Notes under the pieces: model-generated
Seen by the model: the letters and a program-made list of their open reading frames with translations, nothing else
Told to the model about the DNA's origin: nothing
Database searches by the model: none
DNA from: a virus
DNA length: 64,000 nucleotides
Reading direction: 5' to 3' (one strand)
IMG/VR virus record: IMGVR_UViG_3300037518_000322
Location: 1 to 64,000 of that record
Translations under genes and position numbers: made by a program
In this document: piece after piece, positions 46,392 through 57,492 of the stretch
Layout of the letters: each line of letters opens with the position of its first letter
Numbering within the stretch: position 1 is the stretch's first letter

Positions 46392-46546
46392 AGCCGGGGG
46401 AGCTTGAGCGGGCGGAGACCGTCATCAAGCTCTGCAAGTTTTTCCACAAGCTGCCCAGTGAGATTCTGGCTGAGGATGCCGAGATTCTTCAGTTGCTGAA
46501 GATTTATCGTCTTGGGAATCCTGGGGAGGAGGATGGCGATGGCTGA
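45999..46546 (+). CDS. Tail assembly chaperone G-T via -1 frameshift at A AAA AAG (46328-46334)
   Basis: -1 frame is open (KKVLRWRDSP...LCKFFHKLPSEILAEDAEILQLL...) to TGA at 46544-46546. Confidence 0.8.
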
Positions 46547-49500
46547 TGACATCACTCTGACTGTCCGGGTCCGGGATCTGACGCGTGGTCAGTTCGATGA
46601 TGTGCGTCGCCGTATGCGGGGCATGGATGGTGACATCCGTCGTCTGGGGCAGGCCAGTGGGCAGACGGGCGAGCGTTTTCAGCGGATGAGCCGTGACCTC
46701 CAGGGCGCCGCCGGTCGTCTGAGGCAGCTTCAGCGTGATGGGAATCTTGCGCGGAGCGAGATGGATTTCATGCGCAGGTCCATGGGGCTGCTGTCGCGTG
46801 ATCTGCGGCAGGCGGCGCGGGACGGGGATCTGACGGCGGATGAGTTCCGTGGTCTTCAGCGGGAGCTGGAGCGTACACGCCTGGACTTCGACCGCCTGGA
46901 CAACGAGATCCGTCGGCATGATGCGGTGGCCCAGCGATCCGCTCGTGCGCAGCGGGAGCGGTTGCGGGAGGAGGCGGCTGCCCGGAGGCGGGCGGAGCGG
47001 GAGGAGCAGGGGCGTCAGCGGGTGGCGAACGCTGCCCAGCGTGCTGCGCAGGCGCGGGCCCGTGAGGCTGTTGCTGCGGCGCGGCGGCGTGCTCGTGAGG
47101 AAGCGGCGGCGCTGCGTGAGGCGGGGAACATTCATGCGGCTGCGATCCGGCGTCGTCAGCAGATGGATGCTGCTGCTGCGCGGGATGAGCGTCGTCAGCA
47201 GATGGCCCGTGCGAATCGGTTCGTTGCGCAGCAGCGTCGTATTTCAAATGCGCACTCGGCTGCGATCCGCGAGGAGGCGCAGCGTAATCAGCGGGCTGAG
47301 GCCGAGCGGCGGCGGGCTGAGGCGGCAGCTTTGGCTGAGCGGCGGCGGGCTGCGGCTGCGGCTGCGGCGGATTTGCAGCGGCGGACGGGGGCGTTGGCCG
47401 GGCGTGGTGGTGATGATGCTGGTTTGACTCGGCGTTTTCGTGGTTTGAGTGATAGTAGTACGCAGCGGATGACGCGTGGTTTTACGCGGCTTGCTGGTGC
47501 GATGGATGGTGTGAGTGGGAGCACCGATCGGGCTCGCCGGAATGTGACTGCGCTGAATGATGACCTGGACACGATGTCTCGGGTGTTGCAGGGTGCGTTG
47601 CGGGATGGGCGGTTGTCGCGGCGTGAGTTCGATGCGTTGTCGAATGGTTTGCGTGATGTGGATCGTACGGCTCGGAACTTGGTCCGGTCGGGCGATTTGT
47701 CACGTTCTGCGTTTCGTGGGATGCGTGGTGAGGCTGAGACGCTGCGTGCGCGGCTGCGTCTGCTCGCCGGTGAGGGCACTCGTTTCGGCCGGTTGAACGA
47801 CCGGCTGTTTCTTCTTCAGCGGCGCATGACTGATGCGGGGGATGGGGCGGGGCGTCTGCGTCGCACGTTCGGGCATCTGGGTGGCGCTGGCATCCGTGGC
47901 CTGAGTCAGGGACTGCGTGGTGTGGGTGCGGCCCTCGCGCCGCTCAACAGCGGGTTCCAGGCGCTGCGCCGTGGTCTGCGGAATGGTCGTAACGGTGCGC
48001 AGATTCTTCTTGCTGTGCTTGTTCTGATCGGGCCGGTTGCGCAGCTTCTGGGTACGTTGCTGGTCACCGTTCTGGGTGGTGCGTTTTTGGCGCTGGGTGC
48101 GTTCGCTCTGCGGTCCGAGAGGACTGTGACGGATGCGTTCAACCGGATGAAGACGACGGTGGGTGCGTCTGTCCGGGAGGCTGCGCAGCCGCTCAAGGGT
48201 GCTCTGGTTCAGGGTATGGACCAGGTGAGTGCTGCGGTTTTGCGTATGCGGCCGGTGTTGGAGGCGGCTTTTGCTGCCACTGCGCCGTTGGTCAAGGATT
48301 TGGTGGGCTCGATCACCGATTTCGCGGCGGGTGCTCTGCCTGGTATGACGGCGAGTCTCCAGTCGGCTGGTCCGGTCATTCAGGGGTTCCGTGAGGGTAT
48401 GGAACTCATTGGTAAGGGCATCGGTGAGATGTTCACTGCCATGACTGCTGGTGGTGGTGCGGAGGGACTGCGTCAGTCTTTCAATAATATCAGCGGTGAG
48501 ATCCGTGAGGCTCTGGTCGACATCGGCGAGTTCATCAACGCCATGGGGCGGAGCCAGACTGCGGCACTTCTGGCGTCGGCTATTTTTGAGACGCTCAGTT
48601 CCATTCTGATCGTCCTTGAAGGTGCGTTCAAGCTCGTCGACAATACTCTTGGTCCTCTTCTTGGTCTTCTGGAGAAGACGGGAATTCTTGGTGGTGGGCT
48701 GGGGATTCTGGCGAAGGGCATGGAGGCCCTGGGCATCTCCAGCGTGGACACCGCCAGTGGCATGAAGGATCTGGAGGATTCCTTCGGCAGGGGCAGTAAG
48801 AGCGCCAAGCAGCTGAAGGTGGAGCTGGCGGATATCGACCGTGAGATTGCGAAGTTTGAGTCTATTCGCGATCAGGGTGTTGAGTTCAAGGCGGGTGATG
48901 ATCCTCTCCCTGGGCTTCTCCAGAAGCGTAAGGATCTGCTGCTGGCTATTGCGACAGCTGAGGGTGACGCCGCAGACAAGACGAATGAGCATGCGCAGTC
49001 TGTTCAGTCGCTGAAAGATGCTATGCGCGAGCTGAACGCGGACAACTTGTCCTTCTTCGATGCCCAGACCCGCGCCGGTGAAGCGGTCGACAAGATGACG
49101 GAGTCGTTCAAGGAGAACGGCGCCACTCTGGACGCGAGCACCGAGAAAGGTCAGAAGAACCGGGACAGTGTGTCGGGTGTCGCCAAGGCGCACAATGATC
49201 TGATTGAGTCTGCCGAAAAATCCGGCACTTCTCTGGAAAAGGTCAGTAAGCGGACTGGTGAGCTCCGTGAGCAGATGATCGCGAATGTCATGGAGACGGG
49301 GCGCGGCAGGGAAGCGGCTGAGGCGTATGTCAATGCTCTGATTGGTACTCCAGAGAGTGTCAAGACGTTCATTGACCTTCAGAAGGACGCGGCCCTGGAA
49401 GGCATGGCGGCGGTGAAGCAGGCGTTCGTTGACCAGCCGGGCAAGAAGACCATCACGGTCGACGCCATGAATGACCAGGCTCTAGAGGCGTTGCGTGCGG

Positions 49501-51044
49501 TGGGCTTCAAGGTCGAGCGGCTGCCGAACGGCAAGGTGAAGGTCACTACGTTCAACGCGGATGCTCTCTCCGACATCGCAGCTGTCAATCTCGCCATGAA
49601 CAATCTGGACGGCAAGACAGCGAACACGTACACGTACCATCACGTCCGGACTATCGGACTTGCGGCGGCGGCGGCGGGGATCGCGGCTCTGGGTAATCCG
49701 GCGTCGGCGCAGGCCCTTCTTGGCGGTGCTTCTGGTGGTTTGGCAGACAGCCTTCCCCGCAGGGGTTTCGCTGGTGGTGGGGCGACCGGTCGGGTACTGA
49801 ACGGCCCTGGGACGAAGACGTCTGACAGCTTGATCGCCCGTCTCTCGCGCGGCGAGTTCGTCATGCAGGCCAAAGCCGTCGACATGTACGGCCCGGACTT
49901 CATGCGTGCTGTCAACGCGGGGATTCTGGAATTTCCGGGGTTCGCCGGGGGTGGTGTGACGAAGAAGGAGAAGGCGGCCCGCAAGGCGGCGACGGGTGAG
50001 CTGACCGTCTCTCGCTTCGGGAAGATGGCTGGGTTCCAGGATCCGGAGATCCGCAACCAGTTGTCGAGCGACGCGAACGATTCCGTGATGGACCTGGTGA
50101 AGCACCTCAACAAGTGGCGCTCCATCATCAAGAAGACGACGCATGGGGGTCTTGAGCGGTTCCTGTTGCGGTCTCTGGACCGGGCGGGCCGGGCGTTGCT
50201 CAAGCAGGAGAAGTCTCTCCTCAAGGTCAACAAGTCGTTGGAGAAGGCCAAGGACAAGCTGAATGACCTCAAGTCGTCGGCGGCTCAGCTCAAGGAGAGC
50301 GTCAAGTCGGGGATCGTCGGCGAAGCGAATATCACCAGGGCTGCCACTGCTGAGGATTCGCGGGTCACGATCAACACCATCCTGAGCCAGATGACGGGCA
50401 GTTCGGCGAACTCGAAGCAGTTCGCTTCCATGCTCGGCCAGTTGAGGACGCGCGGCCTGTCCAGTGATCTGATCTCCCAGATCGGTGAGGCTGGGGTTTC
50501 CGGTGGCGGCATGGAGACTGCTGCTGCGATTCTCGGCGGCGGTAAGGCGGAGATCAAGCGGATCAACTCGTTGCAGGCGGAGATCCGGCGATTTGCGGGT
50601 CAGGCCGGTAAGACGACGGCGGATGCCATGTTCGCGTCCGGTATCAAGGCCGCTGACGGTCTCGTGAAGGGCCTGACGAAGAATAAGAAAAAGATCGAAG
50701 CCGCCATGGAGCGGATCGCCATAGGCATGGAGAGGGCGATCAAGAAGGCGCTGAAGATCAAGTCTCCGTCGCAGGTGATGGAGAAGGTCGGCTGGTTGAC
50801 GGCCGAGGGATTCGACGTCGGTGTCAAGAAGCATGGCCGTGCGGCACTGCCGTGGGAGTCGATGCTGACCACCGGGCCGTCTACCGCCACTGGTGGTGGG
50901 TCGGGCCGTGGAGCGTCCAGTCAGCCGATCGTCGTGAATCTCAGCATTGCCGGTCGTGACCTCGGTGAGATTGTCATCGATCCGCTGCGGCGGGCCATCA
51001 GTCACCGGGGCGGGAATGTTCAGGCGGCGCTCGGAAAGGCGTGA
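46539..51044 (+). CDS. Tape measure protein (~1500 aa)
   Basis: Long A/R/G/L-rich helical ORF, TM segment, GPGTKTSDS...LSRGEFVM, ALKIKSPSQVM. Confidence 0.9.
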   Translation: MADDITLTVRVRDLTRGQFDDVRRRMRGMDGDIRRLGQASGQTGERFQRMSRDLQGAAGRLRQLQRDGNLARSEMDFMRRSMGLLSRDLRQAARDGDLTADEFRGLQRELERTRLDFDRLDNEIRRHDAVAQRSARAQRERLREEAAARRRAEREEQGRQRVANAAQRAAQARAREAVAAARRRAREEAAALREAGNIHAAAIRRRQQMDAAAARDERRQQMARANRFVAQQRRISNAHSAAIREEAQRNQRAEAERRRAEAAALAERRRAAAAAAADLQRRTGALAGRGGDDAGLTRRFRGLSDSSTQRMTRGFTRLAGAMDGVSGSTDRARRNVTALNDDLDTMSRVLQGALRDGRLSRREFDALSNGLRDVDRTARNLVRSGDLSRSAFRGMRGEAETLRARLRLLAGEGTRFGRLNDRLFLLQRRMTDAGDGAGRLRRTFGHLGGAGIRGLSQGLRGVGAALAPLNSGFQALRRGLRNGRNGAQILLAVLVLIGPVAQLLGTLLVTVLGGAFLALGAFALRSERTVTDAFNRMKTTVGASVREAAQPLKGALVQGMDQVSAAVLRMRPVLEAAFAATAPLVKDLVGSITDFAAGALPGMTASLQSAGPVIQGFREGMELIGKGIGEMFTAMTAGGGAEGLRQSFNNISGEIREALVDIGEFINAMGRSQTAALLASAIFETLSSILIVLEGAFKLVDNTLGPLLGLLEKTGILGGGLGILAKGMEALGISSVDTASGMKDLEDSFGRGSKSAKQLKVELADIDREIAKFESIRDQGVEFKAGDDPLPGLLQKRKDLLLAIATAEGDAADKTNEHAQSVQSLKDAMRELNADNLSFFDAQTRAGEAVDKMTESFKENGATLDASTEKGQKNRDSVSGVAKAHNDLIESAEKSGTSLEKVSKRTGELREQMIANVMETGRGREAAEAYVNALIGTPESVKTFIDLQKDAALEGMAAVKQAFVDQPGKKTITVDAMNDQALEALRAVGFKVERLPNGKVKVTTFNADALSDIAAVNLAMNNLDGKTANTYTYHHVRTIGLAAAAAGIAALGNPASAQALLGGASGGLADSLPRRGFAGGGATGRVLNGPGTKTSDSLIARLSRGEFVMQAKAVDMYGPDFMRAVNAGILEFPGFAGGGVTKKEKAARKAATGELTVSRFGKMAGFQDPEIRNQLSSDANDSVMDLVKHLNKWRSIIKKTTHGGLERFLLRSLDRAGRALLKQEKSLLKVNKSLEKAKDKLNDLKSSAAQLKESVKSGIVGEANITRAATAEDSRVTINTILSQMTGSSANSKQFASMLGQLRTRGLSSDLISQIGEAGVSGGGMETAAAILGGGKAEIKRINSLQAEIRRFAGQAGKTTADAMFASGIKAADGLVKGLTKNKKKIEAAMERIAIGMERAIKKALKIKSPSQVMEKVGWLTAEGFDVGVKKHGRAALPWESMLTTGPSTATGGGSGRGASSQPIVVNLSIAGRDLGEIVIDPLRRAISHRGGNVQAALGKA

Positions 51045-51067
51045 TTCCATGATGGGGAGGCGGGGCT

Positions 51068-54000
51068 GTGGCGTTTCCTGAGAGCCCGTTGGCGATCCAG
51101 GTGGATATCAGTCTGGACGGTACCACCTGGACGGACATTACGTCGGATGTGCGGTCGGAGGATCAGATACGGATCAGCCGGGGCCGTTCCGACTGGGGGC
51201 AGCAGGTTGATGCGGGGCGCTGTACTTTCTCGCTGAGCAATACGGACGGGAAGTACAGCCCCCGCAACCCGGAGTCGACGTACTTCGGGCAGATCGGCCG
51301 CAACACACCTTGCCGCGTGTCGGTCAATACCGGGAGTGTGGCCCTGAGTCTCCCCGGGGACTCCGGTGACTACATCTCCACTCCAGATGATGCGTCGCTG
51401 GACATCACCGGGGATATCGATATCCGGTTCGATGCGACGCTGAACAACTGGATCCTCCCCGATTACCCGTCTGAGGGCGGTGTGGGTTTCGACCGTACGG
51501 AACTCGTCGGGAAGGGGTCGTCCGGGGAAGTCTCATGGATCCTGTACATCCGGCTCAGCAGGCCCTACCTGATCTGGTCGGAGGACGGCTCTGCGCTGAA
51601 ATTTGCGACGCCGACCGATCTCCCTCTGACGTCGAGTGGACGCCTTGCTCTACGGGCCACGCTCGATGTGGACAACGGCGCGAGCGGGCACGACATCACG
51701 TTCTACACGGCCGACAGTATTGATGGTCCGTGGATTCAGCTGGGTGAGGTGCTCACCGGATCGGGTACCACGTCCATCCACAGCGGTTCGGCTGATCTGC
51801 GTATCGGGAGTATTCCTGATTTTGACTTCGATGAGGCCATCGGCCGCGTCCACGCCGTGCAGGTTCTGTCCGGTATTGATGGCACCGCTGTGGCCAATCC
51901 CGATTTCACCGCGCAGTCTGACGGCGCGACCAGTTTCGATGACGATGCGGGTCTTACCTGGACGGTGGCGGGCAACGCGGAGATCACCAATCGCAAGGTG
52001 CGTTTTCTCGGTGAGATCGCCTCCTGGACTCCGCGCTGGGAGACCGGTGGGTTCGATGTGGTGACGGAGGTGGAGGCTGCCGGAGTTCTGCGTCGTCTGA
52101 GTCAGGGCGCGGTTCCGCTGAAGTCGCCGATGTACCGGGAGCTCACTGATCCCGGGCGCAGTTCCCGCATTGCCGGGTACTGGCCGATGGAGGACGGCGA
52201 GGACGCCACGGTCCTGGGATCCGCAATCGATGGGCATCCGTCCTTCGTGATTACGGGGACGGTGACGCCTGCCCAGTATGCGGACTGGGTCGGATCCGAC
52301 GCCCTGCCGACGGTGGGCACGGGGTCGATGAAAGTGTCGATTCCGTCGTTCTCTCTGAACGCCACCAATCCGGCGAACTACCTTTTCTTTTTCGCGAAGG
52401 TCCCGGCAGCGGGCGTGGTGTCGACGCAGCGGCTCGTTTCCCTGTCCACAACAGGAACGGCCCGCACCTGGTCACTTTTTGTCGACACGTCCGGGAACCT
52501 GGACTTGCGCGCTTATGACGCTGATGGCACGCAGCTCCATGCCTCAGGGTTCGGTTCGGACTCCATCAACGGACTGGAAAAAGTAGTCCTCCTGCGGCTC
52601 GTCACGGACGGCGCCGATGTCGATTATCTTGTCACTGTCGTAGACGTCGCCGATTCCCTGCCCACGGCCGTTCCCGATGATTCGCCTGAAGTTTTCGACT
52701 TCAGTGGCACTGTCACCTCGGAGACGATGGGAATCGCTTCTGCTATCCGTTTCGGTGAAGACGGTGCGATGAATGACACGGTCATCGGGCAGGTGACCCT
52801 GGGCAATTCGACACTGAGTTTCACAGGCACTGCGGCCCCGATTGTAGGCTGGAACGCCGAGGAGGCTGCCTCTCGCATTTCGAGGCTGGGGGACGAGGAG
52901 GAAATCCACTCCTACGCCACCGGCCCTGGAGATGAGCAGGCAGGCCCGCAGGCTCGTGGCACGGCGGCTGATCTGATGCAGACCGCCGCCGAGGTGGACG
53001 GCGGGATCCTTGCCGAGCAGCGTGACATCCTGGGGATCCGCTATGTCACGCGGGCCAGCCTGTACAACCAGCCTGCCGCGCTCGTCCTTGATTACACCGG
53101 CTCTGATGGGCTGGTGACCCCGCTCGATCCGGTTGATGACGATCAGAGCGTTACGAACGATGTCTCCGTCCAGCGCACGGACGGGGCCATCGCCCGGGTG
53201 GCGTTGGACTCCGGAGCCTTGTCCACGCAGATCCCTCCGGACGGGATCGGCCTGTATGACACCGCGCACACCCTCAACCTCCTGGACGACACGCAGCCGC
53301 TGAACCATGCGGGGTGGCGTCTGCACATCGGCACCTGGGACGAGACTCGTTTCCCTGAGGTGACGGTGAATCTGGCAGCCGCTCCTGCCTCGATCGAGGC
53401 TGCTGCCGCTGTTGACGTCGGCTCCCGCGTTCAGATCACCAACCCGCCCGTGTGGCTGCCGCCGGACACTTTGGATCTGCTCGTGCAGGGCTATTCGGAG
53501 GTGATGGACCAGTACCGGTGGGTCATTACCTACAACTGCACCCCGGCCGGTCCGTTCGATGTGGCGTGGGCCGGTGATGACGACACGGCGGAGCAGGAGC
53601 TGGAGTTTGCCTGGGCCGACACGGAAGGCGCCGAGCTGGCGGAGGCACTGTCGACGACGGAGACGGACGTCGACGTTCTCACCACGTCGGGGCCGACGTG
53701 GACCGACGATGTGGGTGATACCCCGTACGACCTGCGGGTGGGCGGCGAGGTCATGACCGTCACCGCGCCGCACGGTCTGGTCAACGACAACCCATTTTTT
53801 GACACCAGCGTGACCGGGTGGACTGCTGTCAACGGCACTGTCACCTTTTCCCAGGCCCAGGTCATACCTCACCCAGCCGCTACCGGGTCTGCGCTGGCCA
53901 CACCGACTGGAGGATCCGCCAACCGGATTCAGTCGTCCAATACCGCCGATGGTTCCATCACCGGGTCTGGGCGATACCAGGCGACAACGTGGGTGTATGT

Positions 54001-54955
54001 GCCGTCCGGCTGGAACGGTATTCAGGTCCAGGTCAACTGGCGTAACTCGGCGGGCAGTCTGCTGTCGACATCGAGCGGCACGGTGACCAGTATTGCGGCC
54101 GGAATATGGACGCTGATCACCGAGACATTCACGGCCAATGCCTCAGCGGTCCGGTGCAATGTAGTTGTTCAGCAGACGGGCACCCCTGCCTCGACGGATA
54201 TCTGGTATGCGTGGGGCGTCCGTGTGGTCCGCCTGAAAGCGTCGTCCGTGTACGACGAGTTCGGCCGGACTGCGACGGACAGTTGGGAGCTGGCGGACTC
54301 CGGGCAGACGTGGACGAACCAGGGTGCGGCGGCAGCGAATTTCGATGTCGCCAGTGGGGCTGGTACGCACACGCTGACGGCGGCCAACTCGGCGCACCGG
54401 TCGTCTGTAGCGGCGCCGTCCGCTGACTTTGACATCTATATGGATGTCGCGGCCAGCGCCCTGGCTACGGGCGGTCCGCTGTATGTGGGGCCGATGGCCC
54501 GCTACACGGATGTCGACAATTTGTATGTGGCGCGGGTGGCGTTCTCCACTTCGCAGACGGTGACGCTGGTCATTTTCAAGCGGGTCGCTGCCGCTCAGAC
54601 GAACTTGGTGTCGTTCACGACGCGGCTGACGCATGTCGCCGGAACGTCCTACCGGGTCAGGTTCCAGGGGTTTGGCACCGCGTTGAAGGCGAAGGTGTGG
54701 GAAGCGTCCGAGCTGGAGCCCGGTCCGTGGCAGGCCGAGGTCACCGATTCTTCGTTGACTGGTGCGGCGAGTCTGGGGTGCTGGTCGCTTCGTGACACCG
54801 CGAACACAAACACAAACCCGGTCATCTCGTTCGACAACTTCGATCTGACCAACCCGCAGACATACACGGTGACCCGCTCTCAGAACGGTGTCGTCAAAAC
54901 CCACAGTGCGGGCGCGGATGTTGTTCTTGCTTATCCCGCTTATGTGGGTCTCTAG
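51068..54955 (+). CDS. Large minor tail / baseplate protein with LamG-like and carbohydrate-binding-like domains
   Basis: WTDITSDV...ISRGR...LSNTDGKYSPRNP; AGYWPMEDG; NPFFDTSVTGW CBM-like segment. Confidence 0.8.
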   Translation: MAFPESPLAIQVDISLDGTTWTDITSDVRSEDQIRISRGRSDWGQQVDAGRCTFSLSNTDGKYSPRNPESTYFGQIGRNTPCRVSVNTGSVALSLPGDSGDYISTPDDASLDITGDIDIRFDATLNNWILPDYPSEGGVGFDRTELVGKGSSGEVSWILYIRLSRPYLIWSEDGSALKFATPTDLPLTSSGRLALRATLDVDNGASGHDITFYTADSIDGPWIQLGEVLTGSGTTSIHSGSADLRIGSIPDFDFDEAIGRVHAVQVLSGIDGTAVANPDFTAQSDGATSFDDDAGLTWTVAGNAEITNRKVRFLGEIASWTPRWETGGFDVVTEVEAAGVLRRLSQGAVPLKSPMYRELTDPGRSSRIAGYWPMEDGEDATVLGSAIDGHPSFVITGTVTPAQYADWVGSDALPTVGTGSMKVSIPSFSLNATNPANYLFFFAKVPAAGVVSTQRLVSLSTTGTARTWSLFVDTSGNLDLRAYDADGTQLHASGFGSDSINGLEKVVLLRLVTDGADVDYLVTVVDVADSLPTAVPDDSPEVFDFSGTVTSETMGIASAIRFGEDGAMNDTVIGQVTLGNSTLSFTGTAAPIVGWNAEEAASRISRLGDEEEIHSYATGPGDEQAGPQARGTAADLMQTAAEVDGGILAEQRDILGIRYVTRASLYNQPAALVLDYTGSDGLVTPLDPVDDDQSVTNDVSVQRTDGAIARVALDSGALSTQIPPDGIGLYDTAHTLNLLDDTQPLNHAGWRLHIGTWDETRFPEVTVNLAAAPASIEAAAAVDVGSRVQITNPPVWLPPDTLDLLVQGYSEVMDQYRWVITYNCTPAGPFDVAWAGDDDTAEQELEFAWADTEGAELAEALSTTETDVDVLTTSGPTWTDDVGDTPYDLRVGGEVMTVTAPHGLVNDNPFFDTSVTGWTAVNGTVTFSQAQVIPHPAATGSALATPTGGSANRIQSSNTADGSITGSGRYQATTWVYVPSGWNGIQVQVNWRNSAGSLLSTSSGTVTSIAAGIWTLITETFTANASAVRCNVVVQQTGTPASTDIWYAWGVRVVRLKASSVYDEFGRTATDSWELADSGQTWTNQGAAAANFDVASGAGTHTLTAANSAHRSSVAAPSADFDIYMDVAASALATGGPLYVGPMARYTDVDNLYVARVAFSTSQTVTLVIFKRVAAAQTNLVSFTTRLTHVAGTSYRVRFQGFGTALKAKVWEASELEPGPWQAEVTDSSLTGAASLGCWSLRDTANTNTNPVISFDNFDLTNPQTYTVTRSQNGVVKTHSAGADVVLAYPAYVGL

Positions 54956-54964
54956 GAGGCTGTT

Positions 54965-55453
54965 GTGGCTGTAACAGCATGGCGGGCGGGTGCACGTATT
55001 ACCGCCACCAGGCTTGGGGAGATGCTGCCCGTCTGGGCGGCGTGGACTCCAACCTGGACCAGTGCGTCCGGTACTGCGCCCGCCTACGGCAACGCGATCG
55101 TCGACTGTAAATTCGCACAGAGCGGCGACGTGGTCTTCTTCGAGATCGCGATCGTCTTCGGGTCCACCACCACATTCGGTGACGCGGGGGAGAACTGGAG
55201 CTTCAGTCTCCCGGTGACTGCTGCGGAAACACAGTCGATTGCAGGCATGGGCGAGATCCAGGACGGTGCGGCGACCGAGCGCTGGCCGGTCCGTGCACGT
55301 GTCGCCACCACCACAACTGTCGTGGTGGAGCTATCGGGCCGCAACTACAACGACACCGCCAACGTCAGCAGCGGCGTGGTCGACGCAACGACTCCGCATA
55401 CGTGGGCGTCAACGGACCGGATTCTGCTGCATGGCCACTACCAAGCCGCGTAA
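54965..55453 (+). CDS. Minor tail / fibre protein
   Basis: WRAGARITATRL, WAAWTPTW, WSFSLPV, G.YQA end. Confidence 0.65.
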   Translation: MAVTAWRAGARITATRLGEMLPVWAAWTPTWTSASGTAPAYGNAIVDCKFAQSGDVVFFEIAIVFGSTTTFGDAGENWSFSLPVTAAETQSIAGMGEIQDGAATERWPVRARVATTTTVVVELSGRNYNDTANVSSGVVDATTPHTWASTDRILLHGHYQAA

Positions 55454-55487
55454 TTAGCAAACACACACAGGGAAAGAGAGAGAGACG

Positions 55488-55706
55488 ATGACAGCAATAG
55501 TGAAGGGATACACCGTAGGTGTCGGCACCAGTGAAGAAGGTGCGGTATACCGCGTCCCCATGAGTGTTGGTGCGGTAGGCGGCGAGACAACCATATGGGC
55601 CGTTCACGATGTGCTGAAGGGCATTTGGGAAGACGCATTCCCAACGACCTTCGTGTCAGAGGTCATCCGGCACGAGGCCGAAGACGTCGTCCTGACGCAC
55701 CCGTAG
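55488..55706 (+). CDS. Hypothetical protein
   Basis: 72 aa between tail and lysis genes. Confidence 0.5.
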   Translation: MTAIVKGYTVGVGTSEEGAVYRVPMSVGAVGGETTIWAVHDVLKGIWEDAFPTTFVSEVIRHEAEDVVLTHP

Positions 55707-55785
55707 CCACCTCAGCAAGGCTTGTCCGCCTCGTGCCATGGTCCGGGGCTTTTCTCATGCCTGTAGAGCAGCAAGGGAGTTGCTG

Positions 55786-56724
55786 ATGGCCGTACCCCTA
55801 CCTGCGGACCGGCTACTCAGTGCACTGCGTGCTGAGGGCGTCGGTGTCCGCGAGTACAAGTCCTGGCGTACCCACAACCGTGACAGTGAGACGGGCCGGG
55901 CGTTCGGTCCGGTCAACGGTGTCATCATCCACCACACCGCAGGCAGCAACTCGCTGGCGCTCTGCTACAACGGCACCTCTTCGCTCCCGGGTCCGCTGTG
56001 CCATACCCACTTGTCGAAGGCGGGCGTGGCGACGATGGTCGGTCACGGCCGTACCAACCACGCGGGCAGCTTCGCGCAGAACGCTCACAACGCGGTCGTC
56101 GCCGAGACGCCCACACACCCCCGGCCGGACGCGTCCGAGCCGGTCGATGCGAACGACAAGTACTACGGCATCGAGATCGAGAACCTCGGCAACGGCCGCG
56201 ACCCCTACCCGGCCGTGCAGTACGACGCGGCGGTGCGTTGGGCGGCGGCGATCTGCCGGGCGCATGGCTGGACGGCGCACTCGGTGATCGGCCACAAGGA
56301 AGGCACCCGCCGCAAGATCGACCCCACGTTCAGCATGAACACCTTCCGTGCCGATGTCGCCGAGCGCCTGAAGCATCCGGCCTCGTGGAGTCCGGGCAAG
56401 GACGAGGAGGACCCCTTGAGCGGTATGACTGATAAGGACATCGCGAAGGCGGTGTGGCTGACCGACGGTGTTGTGGGTGTCCCCGCCGACTGGACGAAGC
56501 CGACCAACAGGGAATGGATGGCGGCTTCCATCGTCGTTGACACCGGCAAGCGCGTGCGTTCCATCGAGAAGCAGATGGCTGCACAGAATGCCACCATCAC
56601 CGAGCTCGTCAAGACGGTCGGCTCCCTGGCCACCGGCTCGGCGACGGTGGACACCGAAGAGCTGGTGGCGCGGATCCGCCAAGCGATCGAGTCGGTAACC
56701 GTACGTCTGGATGTGGAGGGCTGA
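55786..56724 (+). CDS. Endolysin, N-acetylmuramoyl-L-alanine amidase (amidase_2 type)
   Basis: VIIHHTA, NHAG, YGIEIEN, VIGHKE...KIDP. Confidence 0.9.
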   Translation: MAVPLPADRLLSALRAEGVGVREYKSWRTHNRDSETGRAFGPVNGVIIHHTAGSNSLALCYNGTSSLPGPLCHTHLSKAGVATMVGHGRTNHAGSFAQNAHNAVVAETPTHPRPDASEPVDANDKYYGIEIENLGNGRDPYPAVQYDAAVRWAAAICRAHGWTAHSVIGHKEGTRRKIDPTFSMNTFRADVAERLKHPASWSPGKDEEDPLSGMTDKDIAKAVWLTDGVVGVPADWTKPTNREWMAASIVVDTGKRVRSIEKQMAAQNATITELVKTVGSLATGSATVDTEELVARIRQAIESVTVRLDVEG

Positions 56725-56727
56725 GCT

Positions 56728-56940
56728 GTGTCTGTCTACTGGAAGGATCTTGCTGAGCGGGTCGTCTCGACGTATCTCCAGGCGTTCCTGGGTTCGGTCG
56801 TCGTGACGGAGATGACGGACAAGAGTATGTGGCTGGCCGCTGTGTCGGCGGGTGTTGCTGCTGCGGCGTCCCTGGTGAAGGGCCTGGCTGCCGGTCATGT
56901 GGGGCTGAGGGATTCGGCGAGCCTGTCGAAGGATGTCTGA
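56728..56940 (+). CDS. Holin (r1t-like)
   Basis: YWKDLAERVVSTYLQAFL...AAASLVKG. Confidence 0.8.
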   Translation: MSVYWKDLAERVVSTYLQAFLGSVVVTEMTDKSMWLAAVSAGVAAAASLVKGLAAGHVGLRDSASLSKDV

Positions 56941-57185
56941 TGAGCGCCCCGCCTCCCGAGACGGGGTGCACGCTCAACGACCTCCGGCTGGCGATGGAGG
57001 TCGGGTTCACCCGCATTGATGGGAAGCTCGACCACCTCACCGAACACCTCACCGACACCGACAAGGACGTGGAAGAGCTTCGCGCTCGACTCACGGCTGT
57101 CGAGCAGAAGGTGTGGAAGGCATCTGGGGCCGCCGCGCTTGTGGGCATGGCCGTCCCTTACGTTCTTCAGGTTGTGGGGAAGTGA
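56940..57185 (+). CDS. Coiled-coil membrane protein of the lysis cassette
   Basis: RIDGKLDHL...RLTAVEQKVW plus C-terminal TM. Confidence 0.65.
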   Translation: MSAPPPETGCTLNDLRLAMEVGFTRIDGKLDHLTEHLTDTDKDVEELRARLTAVEQKVWKASGAAALVGMAVPYVLQVVGK

Positions 57186-57189
57186 CACC

Positions 57190-57396
57190 ATGGAACCTTC
57201 GGACGTCATCTGGTCATCCGTGCTGGTGCTGGGCGCCGTCGTCGAGACGTGGGCACTACGCAACGGCAGGCCTGGAGACACCTTGAGCGAACGCATCCGG
57301 AAGTGGTTCCGCGTTGACACCATGACTGGCAAGGCTGTCTTCACTGTGGCTTGGGTGGGATTTAGCGCCTGGATGCTTTTTCATGTCGTGGGGTGA
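57190..57396 (+). CDS. Small membrane protein
   Basis: Two TM segments, GDTLSERIRKW. Confidence 0.65.
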   Translation: MEPSDVIWSSVLVLGAVVETWALRNGRPGDTLSERIRKWFRVDTMTGKAVFTVAWVGFSAWMLFHVVG

Positions 57397-57492
57397 CGCT
57401 GCGTTTCCGTTTACACGTGTAACACTTTCGTCTCTCCTTCCGCTGGTCAAGGTGGGGCGTCAGCCCCGTATGACTACAACGGAGAGGTATCC

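Noticed and set aside
46900-47420. Low-complexity Ala/Arg repeat region as a separate element
   Set aside because: In-frame coiled-coil part of the tape measure protein
51068-55453. Diversity-generating retroelement in tail genes
   Set aside because: No reverse transcriptase and no template/variable repeat pair seen
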